A program made the translations under genes and the position numbers. A stretch of 64,000 nucleotides of DNA from Takakia lepidozioides (Eukaryota > Plantae > Bryophyta), in assembly GCA_030704615.1 (NCBI GenBank), contig CM060732.1, forward strand, positions 33,232,001 through 33,296,000, written 5' to 3'. Positions 22,901-35,400 of this stretch are shown here, piece after piece. Positions within the stretch are counted from its first letter, which is position 1. Each line of letters opens with the position of its first letter. The notes beneath the pieces were generated by a model that made no database searches, was not told where the DNA came from, and worked only from the letters and a program-made list of their open reading frames with translations.

Positions 22901-24032
22901 CTTTTTGCAAAAGTGTTTTGAACACTTTGAGGTGGCGGTGTGGTCTTGTTGCCAAGCTCGCAACTTCTTCCCAATGGTGGACTATATTTTTGCAGCCCAC
23001 ACTAAGCTGGTTTTCCAGTGGGATGCCCTTCACTGTGACGAGGATCCAGTCCTCCCATGCCGTAAGGGGTCTGATTCAAAGCCATTATATTTCAAGAACT
23101 TGTCTAGAGTGTGGGCAGACTGGCCAGAATGGACTTATGAGGACACTGTTCTTGTTGACGACACACCAAGAAAGGCGGCAAACACAGTGGGATTTTTCCA
23201 GAGCCATGGAAAGTGCAACCAGATTCACCAACTGATGAGTATCTAACAGAGGTGTTGTGGCCTTTCTTGTGGAAGGCATCGAAAGCTGCCAGTATTCCCA
23301 AGTTTTTGGAGTCTCAGCCTGTTTTCGGACAACAACCATACAACACTGCTACTGTGAAGGTACAAACATTCTGACAGTGCTCCAGAGGCTACAATTTTGT
23401 GGGTTCATTCATTGCATTGCTTTCCTGGATGCTTCTCCTCGGTTGCTTGATTAATGCTAGGTTTTCTTTGCAGGTTTTCATGTTGGCTTTTTTTGTTTGA
23501 TTCATACTTGGATTTTGTTTCTATTCACTATTCCTGTTTGCTCATTGCTTTCCTGGTTGTTCTCTGGTCTGTGACACAGGAACTTGTGACAAACAAAGGT
23601 GATATTGTCGACAAGCCGGTACAGACCAGGGGCAAGAGTGTCGACCCGGCGAGTAGCCCCCCAAAAGAGATCTCACAACCACTGGAGACTGCAAATGGAG
23701 TAAGTCCAGGCCCTTGTCTTGTTCTTTTTTGTGTGGAGTTGGGATCACAGTTCAGGGTGGGTGACAAAGTTCGGCTGTTGGATGTGAACTCCAAACGCAA
23801 GAAATGTGGAGTAGGGCTGATTGTTGCTCTTCAAGGTGCTGTGGTGGGTTACGGGTACCCTGCTGTGCCCCTTGATTATGCTTGTGTGTACATCAAAGAG
23901 GCATGTGTCAGTAACACCCCTCTACCATATGTGAATGGTGTTAGGAAACAGACCAAGTTGGGGCAGGTGGTTGGCCAGACAACACTTTGGAGTCTGAAGT
24001 TACTGAAACTTATGGAGCTGCGGAAGGGATAG
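19905..24032 (+). CDS. CACTA second gene (TnpA/Ptta-like), multi-exon: Gly/Pro/Tyr/Gln-rich region, Transposase_24-like region, coiled coil, FCP1/NIF HAD phosphatase-like domain, C-terminal transposon-associated domain
   Basis: EVWNKLVSYWQTEVFHKVSGNIKKAN...TGRGGK (Ptta-like, ORF 20810-21898). KHLLILDLNGLL...LRPRCYDFLQKCFEHFEVAVWS...TVLVDDTP (ORF 22641-23246). VPLDYACVYIKEACVSNTPLPY (ORF 23454-24032). Start, exon joins and integrity are uncertain. Confidence 0.65.
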
Positions 24033-24589
24033 TCAGTATTGCACTGTTTAACAGAGTTCTTGATTCTAATAGCACTAGAACATACTAGCTACAACAATTC
24101 AGCCCATGTGTGGGCTTGCTTGTTTTTTGCTGGGCCTTTTGAGGCATGGATTTTTTGACCTTGTGGCTTTTGAGGTGTCCATTGGGACATTGGTCTCATT
24201 TGGATTTTTGTAATGTGATTTATAGGGCTTGTATTGCCCTGTAGTTGACTATTTTCATTCTCCTTGTGGTTGATAGTATGCAGGAGGGATCCATTCTGTT
24301 TTCATGTTGGAATTTCACCATGTAATGAAGACTTTAAATCATTTAATTCACTTTCATTTTAAATAATAATATTAAAAATAATACCATTTTAAAAAAAAAT
24401 CCAAGGCTGCAATCTCCCTGTTCTTTTAAATATTAAATGAAAATTAAAAATTAAAATATAAACATTAAAAATATAAACTATTTTGGAAAACAATCTTGAT
24501 GACACGTGGCATCACTCTTGCTCTAACCAGAACACGTGGCAGTATATGACACGACATTCTTTATCCATATTTTCACCACGTGTAAAGAT

Positions 24590-25211
24590 CCGTAGTCATA
24601 TATGCTAGTCATATATTTTGTCTGTGTGCCACATGTCACATCTCAAGTGCAACAGGTGTCCCGCTAACAACTCTCCATGTAGACATCCCTGTAGTCATAT
24701 GAGCGAGTCATGTAGTCACCACGTGTGAAATCTGCCATAGCACACGTGTCCCGCTAGCGCCTCTCCATGTAGGCATCACTGTGCAGACATGTAGTCATAC
24801 GATCATGGCAAGAAGTCGTGACATATCAAATTCGCAATGGCGCACGTGTCCATCCGTCGCCTCTCCATGTAGGCATCACTTTGCAGACATATAGTCATAT
24901 AATCCCCTGACGAATGCATGACGTGTCGCTTGCGCAGTGGCGCACGTGTCCCGCTGAAGCCTCTCTATGTAGGCAGCGCTCAATAGACAATGTAGTCATA
25001 TATTAGTCATATAGTTGTGACTGCAACCCTCTCTGCAGCAGGACTCCAGGTGCCACGCAAGCAGTCACAAATATGACTTGCAAAACGCAGTCCTAAAGAT
25101 TAGTCGCTATGACAGGGCTTTTTTCACTACAGAGTGATGTAGTCATGAACGCATATAAGACTGAAAAAATAGTCATATGTGAAGTCATAAAAACGCTCAT
25201 CTGTTGTAGTG
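24590..25211. repeat. CACTA right subterminal repeats and TIR
   Basis: Four ~95-bp units (cacgtgtcccgct...ctctccatgtag...gtagtcata) at ~24651, 24743, 24843 and 24943. Many AGTCAT words. Terminal tgtagtg. Confidence 0.85.
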
Positions 25212-26047
25212 AAGGGTAGAATCAGGCAACAATCAAGTGCTTTTCCAGCGATGGCACACCCGAGCACCCCCGCCCAAGCTCCTCCTCTACTCCTCTACCC
25301 TCGTGCCTCTGCTACTATGGCAGCAACACACAATGTTGCACTTTATAAGCTCTGCTCGCATCGCCCGCTTCCTCTGCTACCACCACCCAAGCGCGCCCAT
25401 AGAAACATAGAAATGAAAATGAACTTCACGCATGCGTAGAGTTGATGAAACAATCACAAGCTAAACCCTAAAAATCTTACAAAATGGTAAGCAAACTTTT
25501 GTGATCAAACATTCCCAATCTCTTCCCAATCTCTTCACATTCTCAATCCCAATCAACTCGTACGTCCTAGCTAGCTTCTAGTTGCGCATCGCGTGTCATA
25601 CATGGCAGCTCATCGTCCCCGCGCTTCAGTCTAGCCCAACGCGACCAGCCATCTTCCAGCCACCCCCCGATGAAGGCGACCTCCAATCGACGGTTATAAC
25701 TTGATGTACAAAAACAATCAACGGCTACAATAAATTCAACTTTTTTCGACTTCGTTCCCGCGTGCTGCGTTTTTTACTTCATATGTCCGTTTTTTATGGA
25801 CTGCAAGTTGCCGCTTTTGGATGGCCCGTACCATGCTTCTACCCAAGCAGGCTTTGCCACTTCACTCACCGACCTTAGCTATTACCAGCAATACATAAGC
25901 ACATATACAAAAGCTACAGTGCATCCCGCAAGGTCTAATCACGAGAAGACAGAATCACTTCGAAGGAGCGTTGCTCGCTACCTCTGTCAATCAGCTACAT
26001 CAAACTAATCAGCTATCAGAGGTCGAACGAGTGGCCTATTAGTGGGA

Positions 26048-26560
26048 TTACTTGTTCTTGATTAAGTAACTAGTTGCTTGATCAAGAAAGCTGATCAAGA
26101 AGGCTGCCCTATGTAGATAAAATATATCCAATACTCCCACTCGACGTTGCCAGGGCAGTATTCTTCCACAAAAACATAAAACAATTGTCAAGCCTAGGAG
26201 ACCACGCATATGTTGGTACTTCTCAGTGGGAAGCGGCTTCGTCAAGACATCGGCAATCTGATCTTCAGTCTTAACATACATCACGTCGATGTGCCCCTCC
26301 TCATACTTCTCCCGAATAATGTGAAATGCTACATCAATGTGCTTGGTCCTACGATGAAACTCTGGATTTCTCACTAGACGGATGTCGGATTGGTTATCGC
26401 TGAGGAGGGGTGTTGCAGACAACTATGGAAAGCCAATGCTCTGCAACAGGTGCCTATGCCAAATAATCTCCTTTGTGGCCATAGCTGCGGCAATGTACTT
26501 AGATAATTCGGTTGTGCTTCCCGACGTAGGCTGCTTCCGGGTGAGCCAGATACTTCATGA
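26048..26560 (-). mobile_element. Ty1/Copia remnant, RNase H region
   Basis: SDNQSDIRLVRNPEFHRRTKHIDVAFHIIRE...TEDQIADVLTKPL. Confidence 0.9.
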
Positions 26561-26594
26561 TTCTTGAAAAGGCACCGGAGTGAGCACGCGTGAG

Positions 26595-27773
26595 TACAGA
26601 TTAACGTTTTTATGACTATGGATATCACTGCATTTGCAGTGATAAGTGCTTTTACGACTACCTTACTCCGCAGTTACAAACACGAACAGACTCTTACATG
26701 GCAAAAATCCTCGACAAACGGGGAGAGAGGAGAAGAAAATGGAGGTACCGCCGCCCTCGACAATTGGTGGGTTTTTTGGGGAAATGACATAGTGAATGCC
26801 TATAATTACTTGTAGGTCCTCCCTCCTATGACAACCATGCTGGGCATATTTGCAATCATTGCATTCCAAGACACCATATCTTGTTCGGCCATATCATCGA
26901 ACACTCCCTTGTCATCCTTGATGCTACCACATTCAAAATACATGTCCACCCAGGTAGAGTTTAGAACAAATACCTCTGGTACTATTCCCATTTTCAGGAT
27001 GTACTCCAATTTCAGGGCTACCAAGCTCGCACATGCATTGCAAACGCAACCAATTGTGACCTTGTCCGGCTTCAGCATCACTAAAAGAACTCATTGTATA
27101 GTCGAATATCAATGTCATGAAGGGGGGAATGTATCAAATTGTACACTTGAGGACTGCAAATAAGGACGACGATTACAAGTCAATTCGAAGTCTGCAAACT
27201 GCATGACTCAATGAAGTATGCTACTTACTATTTCGTGATATTTGCCCACGCCACTACATAGTGAAACTGCAAACTGCTTTGAGCTCCAGGTCCAATATTT
27301 TGCCAATATCAAATGGACACATGTTCACATATGACAAGTGCTTCGTTAAAGATAGATGGATGAGGTCATCCAATGGATAAACTCATTCATGTATATGCCT
27401 TAAGATGCCACGTGTAGTGATATAATCATAGAAACAGAGATGTGAAACCTCTTGTAGTCATGCAGTCATAAGCTTATATGGCATGTCATCAATGTGTAGT
27501 AGTGGTGTAGTCATTTAGTCATAAGCTTATGTGGCACGTGTCCGACGCGTAGTATTGCGTATGACTACTAGTTATATAAACCAAGCCTATGTTCTTGGTC
27601 AACAATGTTTGACCGCGGCTCCTAGTCATGTTGTAAAACGTATGACTACATTATATTAAAATATATTAAAATGCGCCCAACAATGGGTTTCATCACTTTG
27701 TAGTCACATATATAGTCATGGTTACCAAGGTTTATATTACCCGTAGTCATAAAAATGTTAATCTGTAGTAGTG
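26595..27773. mobile_element. Non-autonomous Pack-CACTA carrying a PPR gene fragment, inserted in the Copia remnant
   Basis: Right end revcomp CACTACTACAGATTAACATTTTTATGACTA (27773). Left end TACAGATTAACGTTTTTATGACTA at 26595 lacks the terminal CACTAC. AGTCAT subterminal repeats at 27450-27750. Confidence 0.75.
26806..27081 (-). pseudogene. PLS-type pentatricopeptide repeat (PPR) gene fragment
   Basis: KPDKVT..CVCNACASL...VDMYFECGSIKDDKGVFDDMAEQDMVSWNAMIA resembles the plant PLS-PPR consensus. Confidence 0.8.
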
Positions 27774-28040
27774 ACGTCGAGGCTTATCACTAAACTTGGA
27801 TGTAGTGCCAACTGCATACGAGATATCTGGGCGAGTGCAAAGGGAAGGGAAAAAACAACTTCCAATAATCTCTTTGTAGGCAAAATCTGTGATGATTACC
27901 TCGTTTTGGCGTGTGGCCTCGTCAAGTCTTGCGTTGAGATCAGCTGGTACAGTGACCGTATCATCTTGAGGCCAATGGCTTGGCAGAGAAGTGAAGAGGG
28001 GTTTGCGCAAGTATGGCTTGCAGAAGGGGCACCTAGGAGA
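27774..28040 (-). mobile_element. Ty1/Copia remnant, RT C-terminal region
   Basis: YKEIIGS...CTRPDISYAVGTTSKFSDKP. Collinear with the RNase H fragment at 26048-26560. Confidence 0.8.
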
Positions 28041-28059
28041 TTAGGATCTTCAGGTACCT

Positions 28060-29575
28060 TGGTTAATAGCCATGGGCTACAGGTTCAGCAAGCAAGCATC
28101 ACTTGCCTCCTTCTCACCATATTTCCTTCTCTTTGGCCGAGAGCCGGATTTGCCTGCAGCCATTCGTATGGACACTGCTCAAGTCCTTAATCTTGACGAT
28201 CTGAACGTGTGGATACGTGCATGTGATCAACGTGTAGAGTTGTTCAAGAAAGTCATGTCTATGGCTTTTGAGAACCTTGCCATTGCACAGCACCATGATA
28301 CGTTGAGGTATGCCACTATACGTGGTGGAGGATATCGTCCTGGGGTTTGAAGGTTTAGCCCTAGTGACTATGTTTATTTGCAGGAGACTGTTCCTACGAC
28401 CTTGGATGTGACTGCGAGACGTATTACTCTGAGGGTTCGAGAGATGTTACCCTCAGGAGTCCTGATTTTTATGGCATGACTTGGAAGGATCATGTGCGTA
28501 ATTGTGCGCCATGTCACCTTCCCAATGTCGATGGCAGAGTTGACCTAAACTTGGTAGTGGTACCTACAGGTTTGAGGTGCATGCTGTGTGGGTCTGCCAA
28601 AGGGGCAGCCACTATACTGGTGTGTGATCGATGCTCAAGAGATTGGCACACGGGATGCTTGACACCACCTCTTGAGAAGGTTCCTGATGGAGATTGGTTA
28701 TGTCTACACTGCTTGGGATAGTGGTAGTGGATATGACTAGTGGCAGCTAACAAGACATGGGAGGCCAAGCTCATAGGAGTCCATACACGAGATCCCAGGC
28801 TCAAGTTCACAAGCTGCAAGTCGACGACTAACGATGGGGCAACTCTTGCACCCGGCTTCTTGATCTATCGAGTTTGAGTGTAGTAGGAACAGTGGTGGAG
28901 GAATCAGTGAGGCTACGGTCACTATCACATCTTGTGACTACCTGAACTTAAAGGGACCTAAGCACCAGCTAGGGGGACGATTGTGATGGACTAGTGGCAG
29001 CCTAGTGGTTGCACTATGGCAGCCTAGTGATGGACCAGTGGCAGACTAGTGATAGATTAGTGTTTGGTGTGTACATGTGTTGTGTGGTTTTGGACAGCCA
29101 TGTAGTTGTGTAGCGATATGTATGCGCACGACAGCTGTCAAGTTATTTTACCACCGGTGTGAAGTTAGCTAGGAAATAGCTAGCTTTTATATATTAACAT
29201 TTGGGATTGGCCCAAGTGTCAATCCAGGGGTCAAGATAGATTTAGGCCCTAGAGTAGTTATCTTCACGGCAAGCGCGGTGGGCTCAACTTTATCTAGTTG
29301 AGCCTCACCGCGCTTAGCTATGGCGCCGTAGTGTGGATTCCCCATGGCGTGGGTGCACTTGGCTCGACTGTATTTGAGTGATGATTATATATATGCATCA
29401 GTTTGTGTGAACTCGTGAGAGCTTGTATTCTTCTTATTTATCATTGTGATGGACTAGTGGCAGCCTAGTGGTGGACTAGTGACAGACTAGTGATAGACTA
29501 GTGTTTGGTGTGCACATGTGTTGTGTGGTTTTGGACAACGATGTAGTTGTGTAGCGATATGTATGCGCACGACAG
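28060..29575 (+). mobile_element. Ty3/Gypsy 3' remnant: integrase C-terminus with PHD finger, PPT, 3' LTR and a partial tandem LTR copy
   Basis: FSPYFLLFGREP...NLAIAQ. PHD CMLC...LVCDRC...WHTGCLTPPLEKVPDGDWLCLHC (28476-28721). PPT agggggacga at 28971-28980. LTR TG...CA at 28982-29443, with its start repeated at 29445-29575. Confidence 0.8.
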
Positions 29576-32456
29576 GCTTTCTATCATTTGAAAAATGTTT
29601 TCTCTTAAATTTTGATACAAGATTTATGTTTGGGAACTGAATCACAATACTATGATGAGATAGAGCGGTAAGAATGATGGCTTGTTCAAAACCCCACTCT
29701 TTACATGAGTGTGATCGGAACTCGTACTTCAATGGGAAGCAAATCTGAGTACAGGATGAGGAAACCCAAACAAAATACGGTCAGGATTGTCGTTAACTAG
29801 TCATCACGAGGCCGTGTTCACGAGACCTTTGCTTGAGCCTGGTGCGGTGGTGTCCAGAGCCAGACAGCTTGTTGGGAGAGGATTCAAGTTACGCAACAAA
29901 GAACGTTTGCCGTCCAGAACGATGAAGTTGCATTTTCTGCATCATCGAGAATTGACCTAGTTAGAAGTAGGTTTGTATTTGTCTCTGGTGCTCGAAGTGC
30001 GGAGCTTAATCATGGCCTTGGTGTGGTAGGGTGAAGTGGTTGTTGTTGATGTTACAAGGCACGGGGGCTTTGATCTTGAGGGCGTTACGGTTTGAGCTCC
30101 GACCTTGCGCCTTGGCGCCTACTTATTCACAGTTGGTTGATGGTTTGAAGGGTGGGGCCTTGACAGTACAATCGTCTGATCTAGTAGTCTTGGGTGTGGG
30201 TGCTACCTTTGACAGCCCTTTCTATATGCTCAAACCAAAGCTAATCCTCATCATATATCTCACACAACAGATCATCCACTACTTGTTACAACTCGATATC
30301 CCTGTCTAACTCTGCTGCCTGCTGCCTACTCTCAAAATACTCAAGTCCAGGATCAACAAAGTTCTCAAATTATAGTATTCCGGATCACAACTATCTAGAG
30401 AGCTGTCAGATTTCTCAAACATTGGCGACCACTCCTCTGCCTCATCTAAATTGTCATAATCACTACCACCAGGAGAACCCAATGAAACAACAAGGGCTGG
30501 AATATACACAGTTGGTTCAGGGAGAGGCGACGCTAGCAAAGCAACACTGCCAGGCCGCGCTCCATTGGCTTGTTAGCAACAGCAAGAACGTCAGCAGAGT
30601 GAGAAACGATAGGGTTGGTTCAACAACGGGAGGAGCAATAAGAACAACACCAGCAGAATGAGGAGTGACAACAGGATTAATTTCCACACTAAGATTAGTT
30701 TCAACAATGAGATCCACACTAGTCTGAATAAACAAGCTCTCCCCTTCTCTACGAGCTATACAAGACAAGTCACGAACGGTAGCCATTCCCCTGACAGCGG
30801 GGGCAAGATCCACCAACGCCTATGGTACCTGGTTTCTCTCCACCATAAAACAAGCCTGAAGCATATATTCATTTCCTCTAAAGAAGCAAGGTTTCACAAC
30901 AAAGGGGCGAGTGAAAAGAGGAGGCAATGCGCGAGAGGAGGATCAAACACACGGATCTGACACAAAGCAGCTCTTATCCAAAGCTTGTACACCAAAATCA
31001 CATATACACTAACACCCGAGTACACCGCCCTGACCTTGTGTCGGGGCGCCGTCTTTATACAAAAGCCCTAGTTTTAGTTGTCCGCCGCGTGACAAGGCGT
31101 AACAAGCCAAAACCCACGGCGCCGTTTTGTAACCCTAGATCTGATGAAGGGCCAGAATGTAGCCACTAGCCCAAAACTAACCCTAACCTAGATATCATTG
31201 TAACGGATTAACGGCATTATATGCCAAAAAATTATACTACGGATGTGTATTGCCGTTTTGGATGAAACAGGTCATTTCTAGACCAGGCAATTATGGGGCA
31301 TTTCAACCATGTTGTAACCCAATGGTAATGGCCACATACCACCTCAAAAGCGGTTATAGGTTCAAATCCACAACATGGTGTCACAAAGTTGTGCCCCATG
31401 GGACCATAATTTACACCTCCCAAAGGAGGCGTCTTATATTATTATTAGGCTAGATCCCACACATCCATGCTATAGTGATCTATCCTTGAGGGATGTTACT
31501 ATTCTTAACATTTTTAAAGAATCGATATTGAAAAGTAAAAAATGGCCAAGCCATAGCCAAGCTCTAGGGGTACCTCTCGAGTCTAAGCTAATACTTTCAT
31601 CCACTCGGATGGCCCCACAGGGAGGTTATTTTTTCCCCAGAAATAAATTATCGGGGCTTCATCCCCTTGAAAAATTAAAATTAAAAAAAAAAAAAGGAAC
31701 TCAAACTTCTATTTTAATTCTTGTGTTAAATGAGCAGTACATATTCATGGTATATTTTGAAGGAATCTCTCTTAAAATAAAATTCATTATTAGATTTAAA
31801 GTTTTTTCCAGCCAAAAATAATTTTATCCCTAATTAATCTGATTTTTCTAATTTATTTAATCAATTAATTAGGATCCAGGCAGAACCCGCACAAGACTGG
31901 TTGTTACTAACTCTACCAAGTGCCCTGGCTTCTGATGCAGTCAAAAACTCGTCATATGCTCTACACTACGTCAATTAGTTGACATTTCATTCCATGCAAA
32001 TCTTTGAACACCCGAAAATGTCCAAGCTCAGACTGTGTGACCGAATCCTGGAAAATCATGTTCTTCTGCAAACAGCAAGCAACAGTTCTTGACCGTCCCC
32101 TTCAAGTGTCATGCATATCAGAAACCAAACTTTTCTGATAATATATGCACTGCCGTCCCAGTCCCATCCTGCAAAAAGTATAATAAAATGTTCACATCTG
32201 AAAGCAATCACCTGTCAGCCTAAGGCGTGGAAAGAAACACTGCCTTCCTGAAGGCTGACAGTCTCAGGAAATATAACCAACATGAAAGTTCAAACATGCG
32301 GAAGATGACAATCACTCTATGACGCCAGGCATGTACATGTAGAGCCATCCATGATCGTGCTGTGAGATTATGCCCTAAATTGGGTGCTTCTTCCAACGCT
32401 CTCAACCCAAGTATCACCATTCATCTCTTGGCATTTGCAATGAGGACCAGTAAAGA

Positions 32457-35400
32457 TTAGAAGTTCCCCTTCCCCCGAAAAAACAAAGAGAGACCAACAT
32501 CCGGAGACCAAATAAAGAGGGAAGAGGCTCCCACCTCCATGCGAATCTTCTTACTGAAAGCAGAGGCACAAATTTGCAGGTCAGTGCTGGAAGCCTCAAT
32601 TATGGCAGACATGACCATCCTCACTGCTTCAGCAAATTCCTTGGGTTCTCCACACATATCTGGAATCAGGTGGTTGGGTTTTAAGGGTTGAGGTGCTACA
32701 CCCAGCCACGCCATGCGCTCTGCCCAATAGTACTGGTCCAGGATAAATGGGCAAATTATCTGCAGTATCATATGTCCAATCCTTCAATTTGAGAATGAAA
32801 TCAGATGCTATATCCATCTAACAGTAGCCTGTGCTGAGGACGGTGGGTACACTCACACAGTCCTTGACAAAAACTCCCTTGACCACTTGAAAGATTGATC
32901 TATCCAGTCAACATTACTACCTGCTGTCAGGACACATGGATCCTTCCCCGTCCTGGGTGACAAGATTGCAGGATAACCATTCCTCCCAGCAGGAGATGGG
33001 GATCAGGATCACAAGGATCTTAAGACCCAATCACAAAAACAGACAGTTTGCTAGATGGAGCTGGGGACTCTACAATATACAACATATATACAATATACAA
33101 ATGGAAAGGTAGAAAAGGAAGATACCTGCGGAACTCCTGACCACAATGAAGCTGCTGTTGTCCCACTGCATCCGACAGAAATAGACAGCTTAGCAGGAAC
33201 ATCAATCTCTTGACCATAACGTAACATTTGAACAGTTAAAATGTGCAAATCAATTTAATCCCATCAGGTTTTGCTACCTATGGGACAGATATCGTTAAAC
33301 CTATAAATGAGAACTTCTGCAACCACAAAAGCACTACCTGCCACCATGATGGATGGCCATCGAGCATCTAGGCAGCAGCCAGCTGTAAGGGACAGATCTG
33401 TTCCCACCACCCATCCACAAGAAATGATTGAAATACACATAGATCCTTATCTTGTTCTACTGTGTCCCGGGCTCTCTGTGGAATTTAAAAAGCCTCCTTC
33501 TTTCTTTTAAAAGCTATCTGGCAAGCAGGTTAGCAACATGATCTTCATAATATTTTTGTTCTTCTTACAATGGTGGATCTGGCTGCTTACGACAAGACTG
33601 TACACATGCTTCTTAAAGATTTTGATTTTGTCCCTCACGCCACCATCAAACCAGAAAGCTCAGTTACACTTCTTCCTTTGAGTAAAAGTGCCTCGCAGCT
33701 CACCTGCATGAAGCACTCCATCCTTAGGCAACACATGAGTCATTTGATGTGGTTTTCTTGTTGTTCTACTCTGTCCCATGGGCCCTTGGGACCACATGTG
33801 GATGTTCTGCATTATTTCCTCCCTTCCCCCTCTTCTCCAGACTGGCATGTGCAATGCCTGGACTGCAGCAGATCAGTTTATGCCTTCATAAGTGGACGCT
33901 GGCTCCATGCAAGTAACCAGTCTACAGGGATTAGGGCCCCCAGGCATGCAATACTTCTAAAATCACAAAACTGGTTAATTAGTAAACATCCCTTTCTATC
34001 TCTCTCTCTCAGCCTGCAGACCCTGGTGGGTGCGAACCCCACAAGAGGCTCCGGGAGGGTCTAAGATGTAAGGCTATGGCAAGCCTACGTTCGCAGGGAA
34101 TGGCATGAGTGCATTCTCTCTTAGCCTCGCCAAGTTTTCAATTCTGCTGCTATGGCACATTGTGTAGCATGCCTTGAATCAGCTGTGATCCAGATCTGCA
34201 TGCATAGTGTACGTCTGGAAACTCATATCCATAAAAGTGCTGAAACAAAATTCCAAGAGGTAAGCATACCCAGAGAAACAAAATAGCCGTCCCTTGCAGA
34301 TTGTGACCCCATCTTTCAAAAGGTTGATAACAGGTTGTCCCACAACAGGTTGAGCCATGAATAGGTCTTTGCCTGCACTGCTGGGCTTCGATACAGGATT
34401 GTGCAGGGCTGGTATCTGATGTGCTCTAACGTAATTCTGCCAGAATTTGCCACTGTTTATCAAATTGGCTGACACAATGTCCAAATCTCTGGCTAAACCA
34501 CCTCCATTGCAAGAGCTACTTGGCTTAATCCAAATCATTTATTAAGAAAGTACACCGACAATAAGAGATGGCCAAAGAAGGAGAACAGTAGTAGAATATC
34601 CCATACACTGAGAGTTTGTCATCTTGAGAGTATGTGTAGGCTAGTGAACACCTTGCCTAGCCTTGACAAGCTGGTTGTATATATCCCTCAAAGTCTCTCT
34701 CTCTCAGCATGGAAAGGAAGGTGAGAACATCTCTTGCTCCCATGCATGGCATTAAAAAACCTGAATGTATCTAACCTGATAATCAATGAGACTTCATGCA
34801 AGGAAAACAACATGTGGTAGAGGACTGCCTGACGATGAGGAGGTTGACTTTCTGCAATGTCCTGCTCCAGAGCTCTGCCAATTGCAGCATCAAGAGGGGG
34901 ATGGGCAGCAGTAAACAAAATGGCTCGCTTGTCCGTCGCTTCCAGGACTGCTTCTAACAACCTTAGCATTCCCTCTGGTTTCTCCATGTATCCCATACTG
35001 CATCGAACAGGTGTCCTCCATATTAGATTCATCCAGATCAAACTTAGAAACCTCTTCACCAAACATCTCAGCAACGCTCAAAGCCCACAAGACAGGAACA
35101 CAAACCAAACGCAGCCTGAAGGCTCAACCCAGGAACCCTTGGAAAACAAGAAGCCCGAGACTGAAGCACAAGCCATTCCACCAGCTGGCCAAAGTATGGG
35201 GATGACATCAAACTTGAACTCATGCCGCTTCTAGGATTCAATCAGCTGCAAACAGCTACAATAAGCGTTTCCAGAAGATGCGGGAATATGATTGGGTTAC
35301 TGAGCATAAACGAAACACAAAAACGAAAGAGAAAGAGGGATACTGCATGGAGAAGATAAGTCACCAATACAAACCTTCCCATGGAACTCAATCCCACAAA

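Larger units (their letters stand above)
2699..25211. mobile_element. CACTA (En/Spm) DNA transposon, disrupted by a nested MULE; left boundary not identified
   Basis: Right end ...ctgttgtagtg (25211) is the reverse complement of CACTACAACAG. AGTCAT-rich subterminal repeats at 24590-25190. TnpD-type transposase on -, TnpA/Ptta-like gene on +. No matching left TIR seen, so the start coordinate is approximate. Confidence 0.8.

Noticed and set aside
29580-31200. Possible retroelement gag/5' region on the - strand
   Set aside because: No PBS, LTR pair or diagnostic motif could be identified by eye.
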